The notes below the pieces were generated by a model. It was not told where the DNA came from, made no database searches, and worked only from the letters and a program-made list of their open reading frames with translations. A stretch of 64,000 nucleotides of DNA, from the NCBI GenBank assembly GCA_050259595.1, contig JBLNAX010000037.1, positions 11,315 through 75,314 of the forward strand, in the 5' to 3' direction. The position numbers and the translations under genes are program-made. This DNA comes from Acidobacteriota bacterium. GTDB lineage: Bacteria; Bacillota; Syntrophomonadia; Syntrophomonadales; DTU052. Of the stretch, positions 8,461 to 20,769 are shown piece by piece (positions within the stretch are counted from its first letter, which is position 1; every line of letters starts with the position of its first letter).

Positions 8461-8982
8461 TTGCCGAAAGTCGCCATTATGATGGGAAGCGATTCCGACC
8501 TGCAGATCATGAAGGATGCTGCAGATATTCTGAAGAAGTTTGGCGTTGAATATGAAGTTGCCATTCTTTCGGCACATCGGGTGCCACACGACACAGCGTC
8601 ATTTGCCGATAGTGCTGAAGAACGGGGCCTTCAAGTCATTATTGCCGGGGCTGGTGGAGCGGCTCACCTAGCAGGGGTGGTCGCTGCTCATACTACAGTT
8701 CCAGTGATCGGGGTCCCGATCATGTCGAAGACTCTTTCTGGAGTGGACTCACTTTATTCTATAGTCCAGATGCCGAAAGGCATCCCCGTGGCGACAGTGG
8801 CGATCAATGGCTCGGCTAATGCAGCTTTGCTGGCGATACAGATTTTGGCTATCAGTGATCCTGAGCTGAGGGCTAAGATCAATGAGTACAGACATCGTAT
8901 GGCGGAAGAAGTACGAGTAAAGAGAAACCGCCTGAACGATTTGGGGATAGAAGGCTATCTATTACAAAAGGGGGGCAAGTAG
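8461..8982 (+). CDS. purE: N5-carboxyaminoimidazole ribonucleotide mutase (class I PurE signature)
   Basis: [14 protein letters not shown] and AGGAAHLAG motifs. The TTG at 8461 lies 9 nt after AGGAG. The track start at 8452 overlaps the RBS. Confidence 0.93.
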   Translation: MPKVAIMMGSDSDLQIMKDAADILKKFGVEYEVAILSAHRVPHDTASFADSAEERGLQVIIAGAGGAAHLAGVVAAHTTVPVIGVPIMSKTLSGVDSLYSIVQMPKGIPVATVAINGSANAALLAIQILAISDPELRAKINEYRHRMAEEVRVKRNRLNDLGIEGYLLQKGGK

Positions 8983-10275
8983 TTGATCGAGAGGTACACT
9001 CTCCCACAAATGGGGAGGATATGGAGCGAGGAGACTAAGCTGCAGAATTGGATGCAGATCGAGGTTTTGGCCTGTGAGGCGTGGGCTAATCTAGGGGTGA
9101 TCCCTTTGGAAGCTGCGCAGAATATCAAGGCTAAAGCCAAATTTGATATTGCCGGGGTCCAGAAGATCGAAGAAGAAGTACGTCACGACGTGATCGCCTT
9201 TCTGACCAATATGGGTAGTTATATTGGCGATGATTCCAAATACGTTCACCTGGGCATGACCTCTTCAGATATCTTAGATACCGGGATAGCTATGCAAATG
9301 CGGGATTCGGCAGACTTGATATTGGACAAGCTGGACAAGTTCAAGAGTATCCTGGGACGCATGGCCATTGAACATAAAAATACACTGATGGTAGGCCGTA
9401 CCCATGGCGTACATGGGGAGCCGATCACTTTTGGATTGAAAATGGCATTATGGTATACCGAAATCGAACGCGGTATCGAACGGGTCAAGACAGCTCGGGA
9501 AGTTGTCTCTTACGGCAAAATCTCTGGTGCAGTTGGTACCTTTGCTAATGTCGATCCCCTGGTCGAAAAATACGTTTGCGAACAACTAGGCTTAAAACCG
9601 GCTAAGGTTTCGACCCAGATCATCCAGCGTGACCGTCATGCCGAATACTTAACAGCCCTGGCCCTAGTCGCCAGCAGCCTGGAGAAGATGGCGACCGAGA
9701 TTAGAAACCTTCAACGTACCGACATTCTAGAGGTTGAAGAGCCGTTCCTGAAAGGGCAAAAGGGTTCTTCGGCTATGCCGCATAAACGCAATCCTATGAT
9801 GAGTGAGCGGGTAGCCGGTTTGGCTCGTGTCATTCGCACTAACGCCCTGGCGGGTATGGAGAATGTGGCTCTCTGGCATGAGCGCGACCTGACACATTCG
9901 TCTGTAGAGAGGGTCATTCTGCCGGACAGTTCGATCCTTCTTGATTACATTTTAGAGAAGTTTATCACGGTAATGAACGGGCTGGTGGTTTACCCCGAAA
10001 ACATGATGGCCAACATGGAAGCTACAATGGGCTTGGTTTTCTCGCAGCGGGTACTGCTGGCATTGATTGAAAAAGGCCTTCTTCGGGAGGAGTCTTATAA
10101 GCTCGTGCAGACTACAGCCATGGAATCCTGGCGCACCAAAGTGCCATTCCGTGAGCTGCTGGATCATGATGTGGTCATCATGAAGTATCTATCAAAAGAA
10201 GAACTCGATTCATTGTTCGATTACGGTTACCATCTCAAGCATGTGGACCATATCTTGGACCGGTGTGGCCTCTAA
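8983..10275 (+). CDS. purB: Adenylosuccinate lyase
   Basis: 430 aa with the fumarate-lyase signature GSSAMPHKRNP and a TTG start after a GGGGGG RBS. Confidence 0.96.
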   Translation: MIERYTLPQMGRIWSEETKLQNWMQIEVLACEAWANLGVIPLEAAQNIKAKAKFDIAGVQKIEEEVRHDVIAFLTNMGSYIGDDSKYVHLGMTSSDILDTGIAMQMRDSADLILDKLDKFKSILGRMAIEHKNTLMVGRTHGVHGEPITFGLKMALWYTEIERGIERVKTAREVVSYGKISGAVGTFANVDPLVEKYVCEQLGLKPAKVSTQIIQRDRHAEYLTALALVASSLEKMATEIRNLQRTDILEVEEPFLKGQKGSSAMPHKRNPMMSERVAGLARVIRTNALAGMENVALWHERDLTHSSVERVILPDSSILLDYILEKFITVMNGLVVYPENMMANMEATMGLVFSQRVLLALIEKGLLREESYKLVQTTAMESWRTKVPFRELLDHDVVIMKYLSKEELDSLFDYGYHLKHVDHILDRCGL

Positions 10276-10307
10276 GAAAACTTAAATGCCATTAAGGGGG
10301 GATTTTA

Positions 10308-11021
10308 ATGTTGGAAAAACGCGATTTTATCTATGAGGGGAAAGCCAAAAGACTGTACACGACGGATGATCCTGAACTGGCAATCGTCGAATACAAAGAT
10401 GATGCGACCGCCTTTGACGGAACCAAGCGCGGAACTATCGAGAGTAAGGGCATGGTCAACAACAAGACCAGTGCCTTATTGTTTGCTCATCTTGAGCAGC
10501 AGGGCATAATCACCCATATGCATGAATACATCGATGAGCGGCACATGGTGGTCAAGCGCGTGGACATAGTGCCGGTCGAGATGGTCGTGCGCAACACTGT
10601 AGCTGGTAGTTTATCCAAACGTCTGGGCATTGATGAAGGCGTGAAACTGCCGAAGACCATAGTGGAAATGTATTATAAAAACGACGATCTGCATGACCCC
10701 ATGATCAACGAAGACCACGCGGTGGCTCTGGACTGGGCAACCCGCGATGAACTGGCTGAGATGAAGGAAATGGCGCTAAAAATCAACCAACTCCTGATCC
10801 CCTTCTTTGCCAAAGCCAACCTGGACCTGATCGATTATAAGCTGGAATTTGGCCGTTTTAAAGGCAAAATAATTCTGGCTGACGAGATTTCGCCCGACAC
10901 ATGCCGTCTGTGGGACATCGACACTAAAGAAAAACTAGATAAAGACCGGTTTCGTCGTGATCTAGGCAAGGAAAAAGAGGCTTATCTGGAAGTTTTGCGG
11001 CGTTTGGAAGGGGTGAAGTAG
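10308..11021 (+). CDS. purC: SAICAR synthetase
   Basis: 237 aa with YEGKAK..Y N-terminus and DEISPD..RLWD motif. Confidence 0.96.
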   Translation: MLEKRDFIYEGKAKRLYTTDDPELAIVEYKDDATAFDGTKRGTIESKGMVNNKTSALLFAHLEQQGIITHMHEYIDERHMVVKRVDIVPVEMVVRNTVAGSLSKRLGIDEGVKLPKTIVEMYYKNDDLHDPMINEDHAVALDWATRDELAEMKEMALKINQLLIPFFAKANLDLIDYKLEFGRFKGKIILADEISPDTCRLWDIDTKEKLDKDRFRRDLGKEKEAYLEVLRRLEGVK

Positions 11022-11270
11022 GTGTTTTTAGGTAAAGTTTATGTTACCCTCAAAAAAGAGGTCTTGGACCCGCAGGGAGATGCAGTCCGTAAAGGCTTAT
11101 CCAGCATGGGATATAAAGAAGTGCAGGATGTTAGGGTGGGGAAATATATCGAGGTCAAGATCGATGCCAGCCAGATGGAAGAAGCTAGGAAACGGCTGGA
11201 TGAGATGTGTTCCCGCCTGCTGGCAAATCCAATCATTGAAGAATACAGCGTGGAATTGGTGGAGGTTTAA
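11022..11270 (+). CDS. purS: FGAM synthase PurS subunit
   Basis: 82 aa with V.VTLK..VLDPQG typical of PurS and a GTG start. Confidence 0.9.
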   Translation: MFLGKVYVTLKKEVLDPQGDAVRKGLSSMGYKEVQDVRVGKYIEVKIDASQMEEARKRLDEMCSRLLANPIIEEYSVELVEV

Positions 11271-11271
11271 A

Positions 11272-11970
11272 ATGAAATTTGGAGTAGTGGTTTTTCCCGG
11301 CTCCAATTGCGATGCCGACTGTTACCACGTAGTTGACGAAGTTCTTAAGGAAAAAGCTGAATATATTTGGCATAAAGACACTCATCTCAAAGGATGCGAT
11401 GCGCTGATCCTGCCGGGTGGTTTCAGCTATGGCGACTATCTGCGCTGTGGAGCTATCGCACGCTTTTCACCAATAATGCAGAAAGTAACTGAATTTGCGA
11501 ACCGCGGCGGGCTGGTGATCGGCATATGCAACGGTTTTCAAATCTTAACGGAAGCCGGTCTGCTGCCAGGGGCTTTGCTGCGCAATGACAGCCTGCAGTT
11601 CAGGTGCCTTCCGGTCAATCTCAAGGTAAAAAGCGCTGACTCGCCATTTTCCAATTTGTTCACTAAAGATGAAGTCATAATGGTGCCGGTCAATCATGGC
11701 GAAGGCAACTATTTCTGTAATGAAGAGACATTAAAGGAGCTTATTGAGTTTGACCAGATCGTATTCACCTACTGCGACAAGCAGGGCTATGAAACGGCTG
11801 AGGCCAATCCCAATGGAGCGCTGGCCAATATCGCGGGGATCGTCAATCGGCAGCGCAATGTGCTGGGCATGATGCCGCATCCCGAAAGAGTTTCGGAGGC
11901 TATCCTCGGGGGAGTCGATGGTTACCGGATCTTTGCCTCCATGATAAAACAGTTCAAGGAGGGGAGATAA
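11272..11970 (+). CDS. purQ: FGAM synthase glutaminase subunit
   Basis: [14 protein letters not shown] start, GICNGFQ nucleophile elbow and MPHPER. The track start at 11041 is an artefactual extension overlapping purS out of frame. Confidence 0.95.
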   Translation: MKFGVVVFPGSNCDADCYHVVDEVLKEKAEYIWHKDTHLKGCDALILPGGFSYGDYLRCGAIARFSPIMQKVTEFANRGGLVIGICNGFQILTEAGLLPGALLRNDSLQFRCLPVNLKVKSADSPFSNLFTKDEVIMVPVNHGEGNYFCNEETLKELIEFDQIVFTYCDKQGYETAEANPNGALANIAGIVNRQRNVLGMMPHPERVSEAILGGVDGYRIFASMIKQFKEGR

Positions 11971-14180
11971 TGACAGAGAAAAAGCCCTGGCGCGAAATGG
12001 GCCTAAATGATGAAGAATACCAGATGGTTCTGGATTTTATGGGGCGTGAGCCGAATCTCCTGGAACTGGGCATGTTTGCAGTCATGTGGTCTGAACACTG
12101 CGGATACAAGAGTTCGCGGCCTGTGCTGAAGCTTTTTCCCACGACTGGCCCGCGGGTCATTCAAGGACCTGGGGAAAATGCCGGTGTAGTGGATATTGGG
12201 GATGGACAGGCAGTTGTTTTCAAGATCGAGAGCCACAATCACCCGTCAGCTATCGAACCGTATCAAGGCGCTGCTACCGGGGTGGGCGGCATCATTCGAG
12301 ATATATTCACCATGGGTGCACGGCCGATCGCAATGCTGAACAGCCTGCGTTTCGGTACTCTGGACGATGAGCGCACCCGTTACTTGTTTTCTGGGGTAGT
12401 TTCCGGCATCGGCGGTTATGGCAACTGTATGGGTATCCCCACCGTGGCCGGTGAAGTATATTTCCATCCCAGCTACCGGGATAATCCGCTGGTCAATGCT
12501 ATGTGTGTCGGCCTGGTAAATGCCGACGAGGTGGCATTAGCGGTCCCTGGTGAAGTGGGAAGTCCATTGATTCTAGTAGGTGCTAAAACAGGTCGTGATG
12601 GCATACACGGAGCGACCTTCGCTTCTGAGGAGCTGTCCGAAGAATCAGAAGCCAAGCGGCCTTCGGTACAGGTCGGTGACCCGTTTATGGAGAAGCTATT
12701 GCTGGAAGCCTGCCTGGAACTGATCAAAGAAGGTCTAGTGGCTGGTATGCAGGATCTGGGAGCGGCTGGCCTTACTAGTTCGGTAGCTGAAACCGCCAGC
12801 AAGGACAAACGGGGTGTGGAGGTAGATGTTCTCAAAGTCCCACGCCGCGAAGAAGGCATGACACCTTATGAGGTCATGCTGTCTGAATCTCAAGAGAGAA
12901 TGCTGATAGTCCCGGAGGAAGGGGCAACTGAGAGAATACAAGAAATCTTTGATAAATGGGGTCTGGATGCGTCTATTATAGGTCGCGTTACGGACGATGG
13001 CAAATTCCGAATCATGGAGGGTGACCGGGTCGCGGGTGAACTTCCGCTGCTGGCTTTGACCGATGAGTGCCCGGTATACCGGCGGGAGAGCCGCGAAGCG
13101 GGATACTACCAGGTGGTCAAGAATTTTGATTTTTCGGGGGTCAGTGAACCTTCTGACTTTAATAAAGTATTGATCGATTTGATGGGCAGTCACAATATTG
13201 CCAGTAAAGAATGGGTATATACTCAGTATGATCATCAGGTTATGATAAATACCCTGGTCAATCCAGGACAAGGAGATGCCGCAGTGCTGCGGGTCAAGGG
13301 CACTTCCAAGGGATTAGCCCTTACCACTGACTGCAATGGCCGATTCTGTTATCTCGATCCATATATCGGTGGGATGATGACAGTAGCTGAAGCTGCTCGC
13401 AATGTAGCCTGCACGGGGGCACGTCCGCTGGCCGCCACCAATTGCCTGAATTTCGGCAACCCAGAGAAACCCGAAGTGTTTTGGCAGTTTGTGAATTGTA
13501 TCAAAGGTATGTCTGAGGCTGCTTCCAAGCTGGGGACTCCAGTGGTGAGCGGTAATGTTAGCCTCTACAATGAGACACGCGGCGGAGAGGCAGTACTGCC
13601 GACACCGACTGTGGGTATGGTAGGTTTGTTGGATGATGTTGATAAACGCCTGGATATGGGCTTTAAATCCGCTGGTGATGTTCTGATCCTGCTAGGCCGG
13701 ATGCGCGATGATATAGCCGGCAGTGAGTATCTGTCGATGGTCCATGGCCTGGAGACCGGGGCTTGTCCGGCTATGGACTTGGACGAAGAAAAGAAATTAA
13801 TCGATTTTATACTGGATATGAATAAAGAAGGTCTTATCAAGTCATGTCATGATATTTCCGAGGGTGGTCTGGCTGTGTGTATCGGCGAGTCAGCGATCAC
13901 CGGGAAAGTCGGAGCGATAGTTGACCTGACGGGGACTGCTGGGCGAGCCGACGGCCTGCTGTTTGGTGAGGCTCCCACTAGAGTCGTTATCAGTGTGGGA
14001 AGCGGTGCCAGCGAAACCATAATAAATGCCGCAAAGTCTGTTCAATTGGCAGCGGCGGTGATAGGTGAAGTGGGCGGTAACGATCTTAAGATTTCTATCA
14101 ACTGCCAGCAAAAGGTGAAGGTGCCAGTTGCTGAGCTGACTGCAAAATGGCAAGGGGCGATAAGATGTGCGATGAGCTAG
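11970..14180 (+). CDS. purL: FGAM synthase II (small PurL)
   Basis: 736 aa with ESHNHPS and duplicated AIR-synthase-like domains. The ATG overlaps the purQ stop (TAATG). Confidence 0.97.
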   Translation: MTEKKPWREMGLNDEEYQMVLDFMGREPNLLELGMFAVMWSEHCGYKSSRPVLKLFPTTGPRVIQGPGENAGVVDIGDGQAVVFKIESHNHPSAIEPYQGAATGVGGIIRDIFTMGARPIAMLNSLRFGTLDDERTRYLFSGVVSGIGGYGNCMGIPTVAGEVYFHPSYRDNPLVNAMCVGLVNADEVALAVPGEVGSPLILVGAKTGRDGIHGATFASEELSEESEAKRPSVQVGDPFMEKLLLEACLELIKEGLVAGMQDLGAAGLTSSVAETASKDKRGVEVDVLKVPRREEGMTPYEVMLSESQERMLIVPEEGATERIQEIFDKWGLDASIIGRVTDDGKFRIMEGDRVAGELPLLALTDECPVYRRESREAGYYQVVKNFDFSGVSEPSDFNKVLIDLMGSHNIASKEWVYTQYDHQVMINTLVNPGQGDAAVLRVKGTSKGLALTTDCNGRFCYLDPYIGGMMTVAEAARNVACTGARPLAATNCLNFGNPEKPEVFWQFVNCIKGMSEAASKLGTPVVSGNVSLYNETRGGEAVLPTPTVGMVGLLDDVDKRLDMGFKSAGDVLILLGRMRDDIAGSEYLSMVHGLETGACPAMDLDEEKKLIDFILDMNKEGLIKSCHDISEGGLAVCIGESAITGKVGAIVDLTGTAGRADGLLFGEAPTRVVISVGSGASETIINAAKSVQLAAAVIGEVGGNDLKISINCQQKVKVPVAELTAKWQGAIRCAMS

Positions 14181-15580
14181 AAAGAAACTGGCACGATGAG
14201 TGCGGTGTTTTTGGCATTTATTTGAAAGACCCGGCAGGAACCACTGATGCTGCCCGGGCTGCGTACTATGGCTTGTATGCCCTGCAGCATCGAGGGCAGG
14301 AAAGTGCCGGAATAGCTGCCAGTGACGGCAAAGAGATCCTGCTACACAAGGGCATGGGTCTGGTTTCCGAGGTGTTTTCCCCGGAGGCTATCGAAAAATT
14401 ACCGGGATACGCGGCAATTGGGCATGTGCGCTATTCAACCACCGGATCGAGTCTGGTGGTAAATGCACAGCCTTTGGTATTTCGCTATCTTAAGGGCATG
14501 ATCGCTTTGGCGCATAACGGCAATCTAGTCAATGCTGGGGAACTGCGCAACCGTCTGGCCACTTTCGGATCAGTGTTCCAATCGACCACTGATACCGAAG
14601 TCATCGTAAACCTGCTGGCGCGTTACGCTCAGGACCCGCTGGAGGAAGCATTGAAAAAATGCATGATCGACATCAAAGGAGCTTACGCTCTGGTGATAAT
14701 GACTGAAAAACAAATCGTTGGTGTACGTGATCCGCTGGGTATTCGGCCGCTCTGTATCGGCAGTTTGAGCGGTAATTATGTGCTGGCATCGGAGTCTTGT
14801 GCACTGGACACGGTAGGAGCCGAATATGTGCGTGATGTTGAGCCAGGTGAAATCGTAGTGCTCGATGAGCGGGGCTTGACGGCCATCAAAACCCAGCATA
14901 CAGGCCTCAAAGCTCACTGCATTTTCGAGTATATTTATTTTGCTCGTCCCGACAGTGTGATCGATGGCATCAATGTCAATGTTTCGCGCCGGGCCATGGG
15001 ACGCCAACTGGCTCGTGAATATGGGGTCCAGGCGGATATTGTAGTATCGGTACCAGATTCAGGGACTTCAGCCGCCCTCGGCTATTCTGAGGAATCGGGA
15101 ATACCCTTTGAACAGGGTTTGGTTAAGAATAGATATATTGGACGTACTTTTATCCAACCCAGCCAAAAGATGCGTGATCTGGGGGTGCGTCTTAAGCTTA
15201 ATCCGGTAAGCCAGGTGGTGACCGGTAAGCGGGTGATCCTGGTCGATGATTCGATAGTGCGGGGCACTACCAGCAAGAAGATCGTAACCATGCTGAGGGA
15301 AGCAGGGGCTACCGAGGTTCATATGGCGGTAGCCTCACCGCCCACCAGTTGTTCATGTTTTTACGGGATCGACACCTCACGGCGTGAGGAGCTTATTGCG
15401 TCTAAAATGGATGTTGAGGGCATTAGAGATTTTATCGGTGCTAACAGTCTGCATTATTTATCAATAGACGGGATGTTTTCAGCATTTGAGAACCGTCACG
15501 AATACTGTGCTGCTTGCTTTGATGCCCAGTACCCGATAGCTGTGGACGAAGTAGCCGCTTCTAAGTTCAGCCTCGAATAG
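14165..15580 (+). CDS. purF: Amidophosphoribosyltransferase
   Basis: Propeptide then CGVFGI Ntn-nucleophile, PRPP loop [13 protein letters not shown] and Cys ligands for an Fe-S cluster near the C-terminus. ATG at 14165 is preferred over the track start at 14147. Confidence 0.96.
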   Translation: MCDELERNWHDECGVFGIYLKDPAGTTDAARAAYYGLYALQHRGQESAGIAASDGKEILLHKGMGLVSEVFSPEAIEKLPGYAAIGHVRYSTTGSSLVVNAQPLVFRYLKGMIALAHNGNLVNAGELRNRLATFGSVFQSTTDTEVIVNLLARYAQDPLEEALKKCMIDIKGAYALVIMTEKQIVGVRDPLGIRPLCIGSLSGNYVLASESCALDTVGAEYVRDVEPGEIVVLDERGLTAIKTQHTGLKAHCIFEYIYFARPDSVIDGINVNVSRRAMGRQLAREYGVQADIVVSVPDSGTSAALGYSEESGIPFEQGLVKNRYIGRTFIQPSQKMRDLGVRLKLNPVSQVVTGKRVILVDDSIVRGTTSKKIVTMLREAGATEVHMAVASPPTSCSCFYGIDTSRREELIASKMDVEGIRDFIGANSLHYLSIDGMFSAFENRHEYCAACFDAQYPIAVDEVAASKFSLE

Positions 15581-15601
15581 TGACCGGAAAGGGGTAATGG
15601 A

Positions 15602-16645
15602 ATGCCGGACAATGATAAAGGCCTAGATTACAAAAAGGCTGGGGTAGATATTGATGCGGCTGATGAAACAGTCAAAAGGATGCTGCCCTGGATAAACGCC
15701 ACCCGCCGCCCAGAAGTTATTTCTGATATCGGCGGATTTGCCGGGTTTTTCAAGCTCGACATCGGACGTTACCCTAAACCGGTTCTGTTATCCGGTACCG
15801 ACGGAGTGGGCACCAAGCTTAAAATTGCTCAGATGGCAGACAAACATGATACCATCGGGATAGATCTGGTGGCCATGTGTGTGAATGATATACTTGTCCA
15901 CGGTGCGGAACCATTGTTTTTCCTTGATTACCTGGCCGTGGGCAAGGTCGATCCCGAGCGCATCGAGAAGATAGTTATCGGTGTTGCAGAAGGGTGTAAA
16001 CAAGCAGGATGTGCGCTCATAGGCGGCGAAACCGCTGAAATGCCGGGGTTTTATGCCGAGGATGAGTATGATCTGGCTGGATTCGCAGTAGGAGTAGCCA
16101 ATGAAGACAAGATAATCACGGGTAAGAGCATGGAAGCTGGAGACGTGGTCATCGGTCTGGCTTCTTCGGGGATCCACTCCAATGGTTATTCCCTGGCCCG
16201 CAAGGTGCTGTTAGAAAAAGCCGGTATGAAGCTGGAACAACCGGTAGCAGAGCTGGGGACTACACTGGTGGATGAGCTGCTTAAACCGACCCATATATAT
16301 GTGCGCAGCATCAATACTCTGCTTGAGCAGGTGGAGGTCAAAGGACTGGCCCATATAACCGGGGGCGGTATCGAGGGGAACTTTGTTCGTGTACTTCCTG
16401 AAGGAATTCAGGCCTGTATCAATAAAGGGGCTTGGGAAGTGCCGCCTATATACCAGATGATGGCCAAGCTTGGCAACGTCGCGAGCCCTGAGATGTTTAA
16501 GACCTTCAACATGGGAATCGGTTTCATCGTAGTAGTAAAGCCGACCGAGGCCGACAAGACGGTCAAAATACTGAAGGACATGGGCGAGACTGCCTTTGTT
16601 ATTGGCGAGATATTAAGCGGCGAGCGAGGAGTAGTGATTAGCTGA
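15602..16645 (+). CDS. purM: AIR synthetase
   Basis: 347 aa with the DGVGTK motif. Confidence 0.96.
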   Translation: MPDNDKGLDYKKAGVDIDAADETVKRMLPWINATRRPEVISDIGGFAGFFKLDIGRYPKPVLLSGTDGVGTKLKIAQMADKHDTIGIDLVAMCVNDILVHGAEPLFFLDYLAVGKVDPERIEKIVIGVAEGCKQAGCALIGGETAEMPGFYAEDEYDLAGFAVGVANEDKIITGKSMEAGDVVIGLASSGIHSNGYSLARKVLLEKAGMKLEQPVAELGTTLVDELLKPTHIYVRSINTLLEQVEVKGLAHITGGGIEGNFVRVLPEGIQACINKGAWEVPPIYQMMAKLGNVASPEMFKTFNMGIGFIVVVKPTEADKTVKILKDMGETAFVIGEILSGERGVVIS

Positions 16646-17280
16646 TGGTAATGGTCATGCCAGAGCCGGTCGCTGGTCTGAAGCTGGCAGTGCTGGCATC
16701 AGGGCGCGGTTCTAATTATGAAGCAGTTCAAAAGGCCATAGAACAGGGAACGATCCCGGCTGAAGTGCAGGTCGTGATCACTGATAAGGCGGATGCTGGG
16801 GTTCTGGAAAGAGCCAGAAACCGTAATATTGCCGCCCGCTACATAAACCCCGGTCAATTTGCTAATAAGCGTGAATACGAGCAGGAGTTGGTCCGGGTTT
16901 GTGAGGAGTTCAAGGTTGATCTGATAGTCTGTGCAGGTTTTATGCGCATTCTAGGCACCACTTTTCTTGATGCATTTCCATTGCGGGTAATCAACATCCA
17001 TCCCGCTTTACTGCCTTCTTTTCCCGGGCTGCATGCCCAAAAACAAGCTTTTGATTACGGTGTAAGGTTCAGCGGCTGTACCGTTCATTTTGTGGATAGT
17101 GGAGTCGATACTGGCCCCATAATATTACAGCAAGCCGTTCCAGTGCTGGCTGGTGATAATGAGGAAGCACTGACAGCCCGGATATTGGAGCAGGAACATC
17201 AGCTTCTGCCAGAGGCTATCAGGCTTATCGCAGCAGGTCGCTTGCGAGTGGAAGACCGCAAGGTAGAAATACTTCCTTAA
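16645..17280 (+). CDS. purN: GAR formyltransferase
   Basis: SGRGSN, the NIHPALLP motif and HFVD..VDTGPII. Confidence 0.93.
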   Translation: MVMVMPEPVAGLKLAVLASGRGSNYEAVQKAIEQGTIPAEVQVVITDKADAGVLERARNRNIAARYINPGQFANKREYEQELVRVCEEFKVDLIVCAGFMRILGTTFLDAFPLRVINIHPALLPSFPGLHAQKQAFDYGVRFSGCTVHFVDSGVDTGPIILQQAVPVLAGDNEEALTARILEQEHQLLPEAIRLIAAGRLRVEDRKVEILP

Positions 17281-17292
17281 GGGGGTTTAATA

Positions 17293-18816
17293 ATGGCAAG
17301 AAGAGCATTAATCAGCGTTTCCAACAAAGAAGGACTGGTCGATTTTGCGCGGGGTCTAGAGGGACTGGGCTGGGAGATCATCTCCACTGGCGGCACTTAC
17401 TCGACTCTTAAGGAAGCCGGAGTAAATGTAGTCAAGGTGGCTGAGGTAACAGGTTTCCCTGAGATTCTGGATGGGCGGGTCAAGACACTGCACCCCAAGA
17501 TCCACGGCGGCATTTTAGCCAGACGCACACCAGAGCACCTACAGCAGCTGACTGAGAACGAAATCGGACCCATCGATCTGGTGGCAGTCAACCTGTATCC
17601 ATTTAGAGAAACTATACAAAAGCCAGGCGTGACCCTAGCTGAAGCGATCGAAAACATAGACATCGGCGGACCAGCCATGATCAGGGCTGCGGCTAAGAAT
17701 AATGAAGGTGTCATAGTAGTCGTCAGACCCGAGAATTACTGGGCTGTTCTGAAAGAACTGGAGATGGAAGGGGACATCAATCCCCAGATGCGTCTGAAGC
17801 TGGCCCAGGAGGCATTTGCCCATACTGCCTCATATGATGCGCTTATTGCACGTTATCTTTCGGATATTCTCGGCGAAGAATTTCCGGAAACTATGATCTG
17901 GACCGGAGAAAGAATGTATGAGCTGCGTTACGGGGAGAATCCTCATCAGAAAGCGGCTTTTTATAGGAATTCCACCCGCACCAATGGGCTGCCGAAGGCT
18001 CGCCAGCTTAACGGCAAGGAATTATCCTACAACAATATCATTGATGCCGAAGCCGCAGTAGCATTGGTCAAAGAATTTGATGATCCGGCTTGTGTCATTA
18101 TCAAGCACACCAATCCCTGTGGCACGGCCATCGGAAGCACCCTAACCGAAGCTTATACCCGGGCTTTCAATGCCGATCCAGTATCGGCGTATGGCGGTAT
18201 CATCGCTTTGAACCGCACAGTTGACAAAGTAACTGCAGAAAAGGCAGCCGAGACTTTCATGGAGGTGATCATCGCACCTGGCTTCGATGAGGATGCGCTA
18301 GCAGTTCTGAAGAATAAGAAGAACCTGAGAGTTCTGTCCATGCCTTTGACCAAAGACGGCGGCTTCCAGCTCAAGAGCGTGGAAGGCGGCATGGTAGTTC
18401 AGGGTCTGGATGTGGATGAGATCACCGAGCAAGATCTGCAGGTGGTTACTGAGAGAAAGCCCTCCCCTGAGGAGATAAAGAACCTGCTTTTTGCCTGGAA
18501 AGTGGTCAAGCACGTTAAGTCTAATGCTATCTTGATCGCAAAAGATAATGTGAGCTTGGGAGTCGGTGCCGGTCAGATGAACCGGGTCGGCTCAGCCAAA
18601 ATTGCCTTAGAACAAGCTGGAGAAGCCGCCAAAGGCGCGGTTATGGCTTCTGATGCATATTTTCCATTTAAAGATACCGTAGAAATAGCTGCTCAGTATG
18701 GCGTAACCGCTATAATTCAGCCGGGCGGTTCTGTGCGCGACGAAGAAAGCATCGAAGAATGCAATAAACAGGGCATAGCCATGGTCTTTACGGGCGTAAG
18801 GCATTTCCGGCACTAA
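17293..18816 (+). CDS. purH: Bifunctional AICAR formyltransferase / IMP cyclohydrolase
   Basis: 507 aa with ALISVS.K N-terminus, KTLHP.IHGGIL and C-terminal FTG.RHFRH. Confidence 0.97.
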   Translation: MARRALISVSNKEGLVDFARGLEGLGWEIISTGGTYSTLKEAGVNVVKVAEVTGFPEILDGRVKTLHPKIHGGILARRTPEHLQQLTENEIGPIDLVAVNLYPFRETIQKPGVTLAEAIENIDIGGPAMIRAAAKNNEGVIVVVRPENYWAVLKELEMEGDINPQMRLKLAQEAFAHTASYDALIARYLSDILGEEFPETMIWTGERMYELRYGENPHQKAAFYRNSTRTNGLPKARQLNGKELSYNNIIDAEAAVALVKEFDDPACVIIKHTNPCGTAIGSTLTEAYTRAFNADPVSAYGGIIALNRTVDKVTAEKAAETFMEVIIAPGFDEDALAVLKNKKNLRVLSMPLTKDGGFQLKSVEGGMVVQGLDVDEITEQDLQVVTERKPSPEEIKNLLFAWKVVKHVKSNAILIAKDNVSLGVGAGQMNRVGSAKIALEQAGEAAKGAVMASDAYFPFKDTVEIAAQYGVTAIIQPGGSVRDEESIEECNKQGIAMVFTGVRHFRH

Positions 18817-18957
18817 AATCAAATTCACCATTATGTCCACGGGATAATTTTAACTTTAGGACTTTAATACTTTACCGTGGTGATGTATTATAGTATAAGT
18901 CAATAAGATCATGAATATAAGCTTTAGAATAAAGAATTTAACCTAGGAGGGCTAATC

Positions 18958-20226
18958 TTGGGCAAGAAAGTACTGGTTGTGGGCCAGGGAGCTCGCGAAC
19001 ACGCCATTGTATGGAAGCTAAGCCAGAGTCCAGAGATAGAGAAAATATATGCAGCGCCGGGCAATGCCGGAATCGCTGAGATCGCGGACTGTTTTGACTT
19101 TGCGGTCGATGAGACTGCCAAATTGCTCGATCTAGTCGAACAGAAGGGCATTGATTTGACCATTGTAGGACCAGAAATTCCTCTCATGAATGGCCTGGTG
19201 GACGAATTTGAGAAAAAGGGCTTGAGAGTATTTGGCCCGCGCGCCAATGCTGCCCGTATTGAAGGCAGCAAAGTCTTTACCAAGGAATTGCTAAGAAAAT
19301 ATAACATACCGACCGCAGACTTCGGCGTGTTTACTGATATCGAGGCAGCCCGTGCTTACATACGGGAGAAGGGTGCTCCGATCGTAGTTAAAGCCGACGG
19401 TTTGGCGGCTGGTAAGGGTGTAGTGGTGGCTGCTGATGTGGAAGAAGCTGAAGCGGCTGTCTTTGCTATTATGGAGAGCCGGGTATTTGGCGAAGCCGGG
19501 GACCGGGTGGTCATCGAGGAGTGCCTGGAAGGCGAGGAAGTCAGCGTTTTTGTTATCTGTGACGGTGAAAATGCCAAGTTTATGGCTTCTGCCCAGGATC
19601 ACAAGCGGGTTTTTGATAATGATCAAGGGCCCAATACCGGAGGCATGGGAGCTTACAGTTCACCTCCCCTCTATACACCAGAACTTCATGAGCAGGTGAT
19701 GACAAAAGTTATCGATCCCGTGGTCAAGGCCATGGCAGCCGAAGGCTGCCCGTATAAAGGTATTTTATATGCCGGGATCATGGTGACGGCGGATGGGTTG
19801 AAAGTACTTGAATTTAATGCTCGTTTTGGGGATCCTGAGGCCCAGGTGGTCCTGCCAATGCTAATAAGCGATCTTCTAACCATTATTGATGCAGTGATCG
19901 ATAGCAAATTGGATGAGGTCCTGGTGGAGTTTAAGAATGAGGTAGCTGTTTGCGTGGTACTGGCTTCGGAAGGGTATCCGGGCAGTTATCCGAAAGGATT
20001 GGAGATCAATGGGATCAGCGAAGTGGGAGCTGGAACGCTGGTGTTTCATGCTGGTACCAAGCGCCAAGGCGCGAAACTGCTCACAGATGGAGGAAGAGTA
20101 TTAAGTGTGGTCAGCACAGGAGCTACTGTGTCGCAGGCTATCGAGAGTGTCTACAAAGAGGTTCCTAAGATAAACTTTACAGGAGTTCACTATCGCAAAG
20201 ATATCGGTGCCCGCGCTTTAAAATAA
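18958..20226 (+). CDS. purD: Phosphoribosylamine-glycine ligase
   Basis: 422 aa with an ATP-grasp fold and KVLVVG.GAREHA N-terminus. It has a TTG start after GGAGGG and is separated from purH by an AT-rich 141-nt gap. Confidence 0.96.
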   Translation: MGKKVLVVGQGAREHAIVWKLSQSPEIEKIYAAPGNAGIAEIADCFDFAVDETAKLLDLVEQKGIDLTIVGPEIPLMNGLVDEFEKKGLRVFGPRANAARIEGSKVFTKELLRKYNIPTADFGVFTDIEAARAYIREKGAPIVVKADGLAAGKGVVVAADVEEAEAAVFAIMESRVFGEAGDRVVIEECLEGEEVSVFVICDGENAKFMASAQDHKRVFDNDQGPNTGGMGAYSSPPLYTPELHEQVMTKVIDPVVKAMAAEGCPYKGILYAGIMVTADGLKVLEFNARFGDPEAQVVLPMLISDLLTIIDAVIDSKLDEVLVEFKNEVAVCVVLASEGYPGSYPKGLEINGISEVGAGTLVFHAGTKRQGAKLLTDGGRVLSVVSTGATVSQAIESVYKEVPKINFTGVHYRKDIGARALK

Positions 20227-20237
20227 GGAGTGGCTGA

Positions 20238-20768
20238 ATGATTTATCGAAGGCTGGTCGGAGTTGCTGTCTTAGGCGGTATTATTGCCCTTTTTAGTTTT
20301 AACACCACACGCGAATACGCCAAGTGGACCATTCTTTTCTTAATGCCGGCTTTGGTGGTTTACAGCCGCCAGCGCCAGTATACGAAGAACGAATGGCAAT
20401 GGTGGGGCTTAACTCTGATAATAGTTGGTCTTTTAACAGGCTATGGCTTTATGTTAAAGGACATGCCGAATCATATTATAGTACGCGAGATTACCAGACA
20501 AGGCGATATGTATCTGTCTGGAGGTCAATATGATAAAGCTATCAACAAATACAACGAGCTGTATAAGCACGGCGAACAGTCAAAGGCTGGTCGTAAGATC
20601 CGCGAAGCTGAGGTGCAAAAGGGCTTTGCCCAGAAGTATGAACAGGCCAATAAGTTAGTTAAACAAGGCCAATATGCACAAGCCCGCAAAATTTTACAGC
20701 AAATTCCGGGAGTTGCTGTTACCCATGGAAAAGCCGTTGATTTATTAAAAAGGATCGAGGGGAAATAA
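20238..20768 (+). CDS. Membrane-anchored hypothetical protein with helical (TPR-like) C-terminal region
   Basis: Three predicted TM helices, then a Lys/Gln-rich helical tail. Confidence 0.55.
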   Translation: MIYRRLVGVAVLGGIIALFSFNTTREYAKWTILFLMPALVVYSRQRQYTKNEWQWWGLTLIIVGLLTGYGFMLKDMPNHIIVREITRQGDMYLSGGQYDKAINKYNELYKHGEQSKAGRKIREAEVQKGFAQKYEQANKLVKQGQYAQARKILQQIPGVAVTHGKAVDLLKRIEGK

Positions 20769-20769
20769 A

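Noticed and set aside
11041-11271. N-terminal 77-aa extension of purQ in the ORF track (start at 11041)
   Set aside because: It overlaps the well-supported purS in another frame. The true purQ start is the ATG at 11272 ([14 protein letters not shown]), 1 nt after the purS stop.
2671-20168. Dozens of 60-180-aa ORFs, mostly antisense, inside guaA and the pur genes (for example 3067-3564, 12473-12859, 12735-13271, 14570-15007, 15788-16177, 19291-19626)
   Set aside because: All lie within strongly recognisable conserved genes, lack RBSs, and have Arg/Ser/Pro-rich shadow-frame composition. They are typical shadow ORFs.
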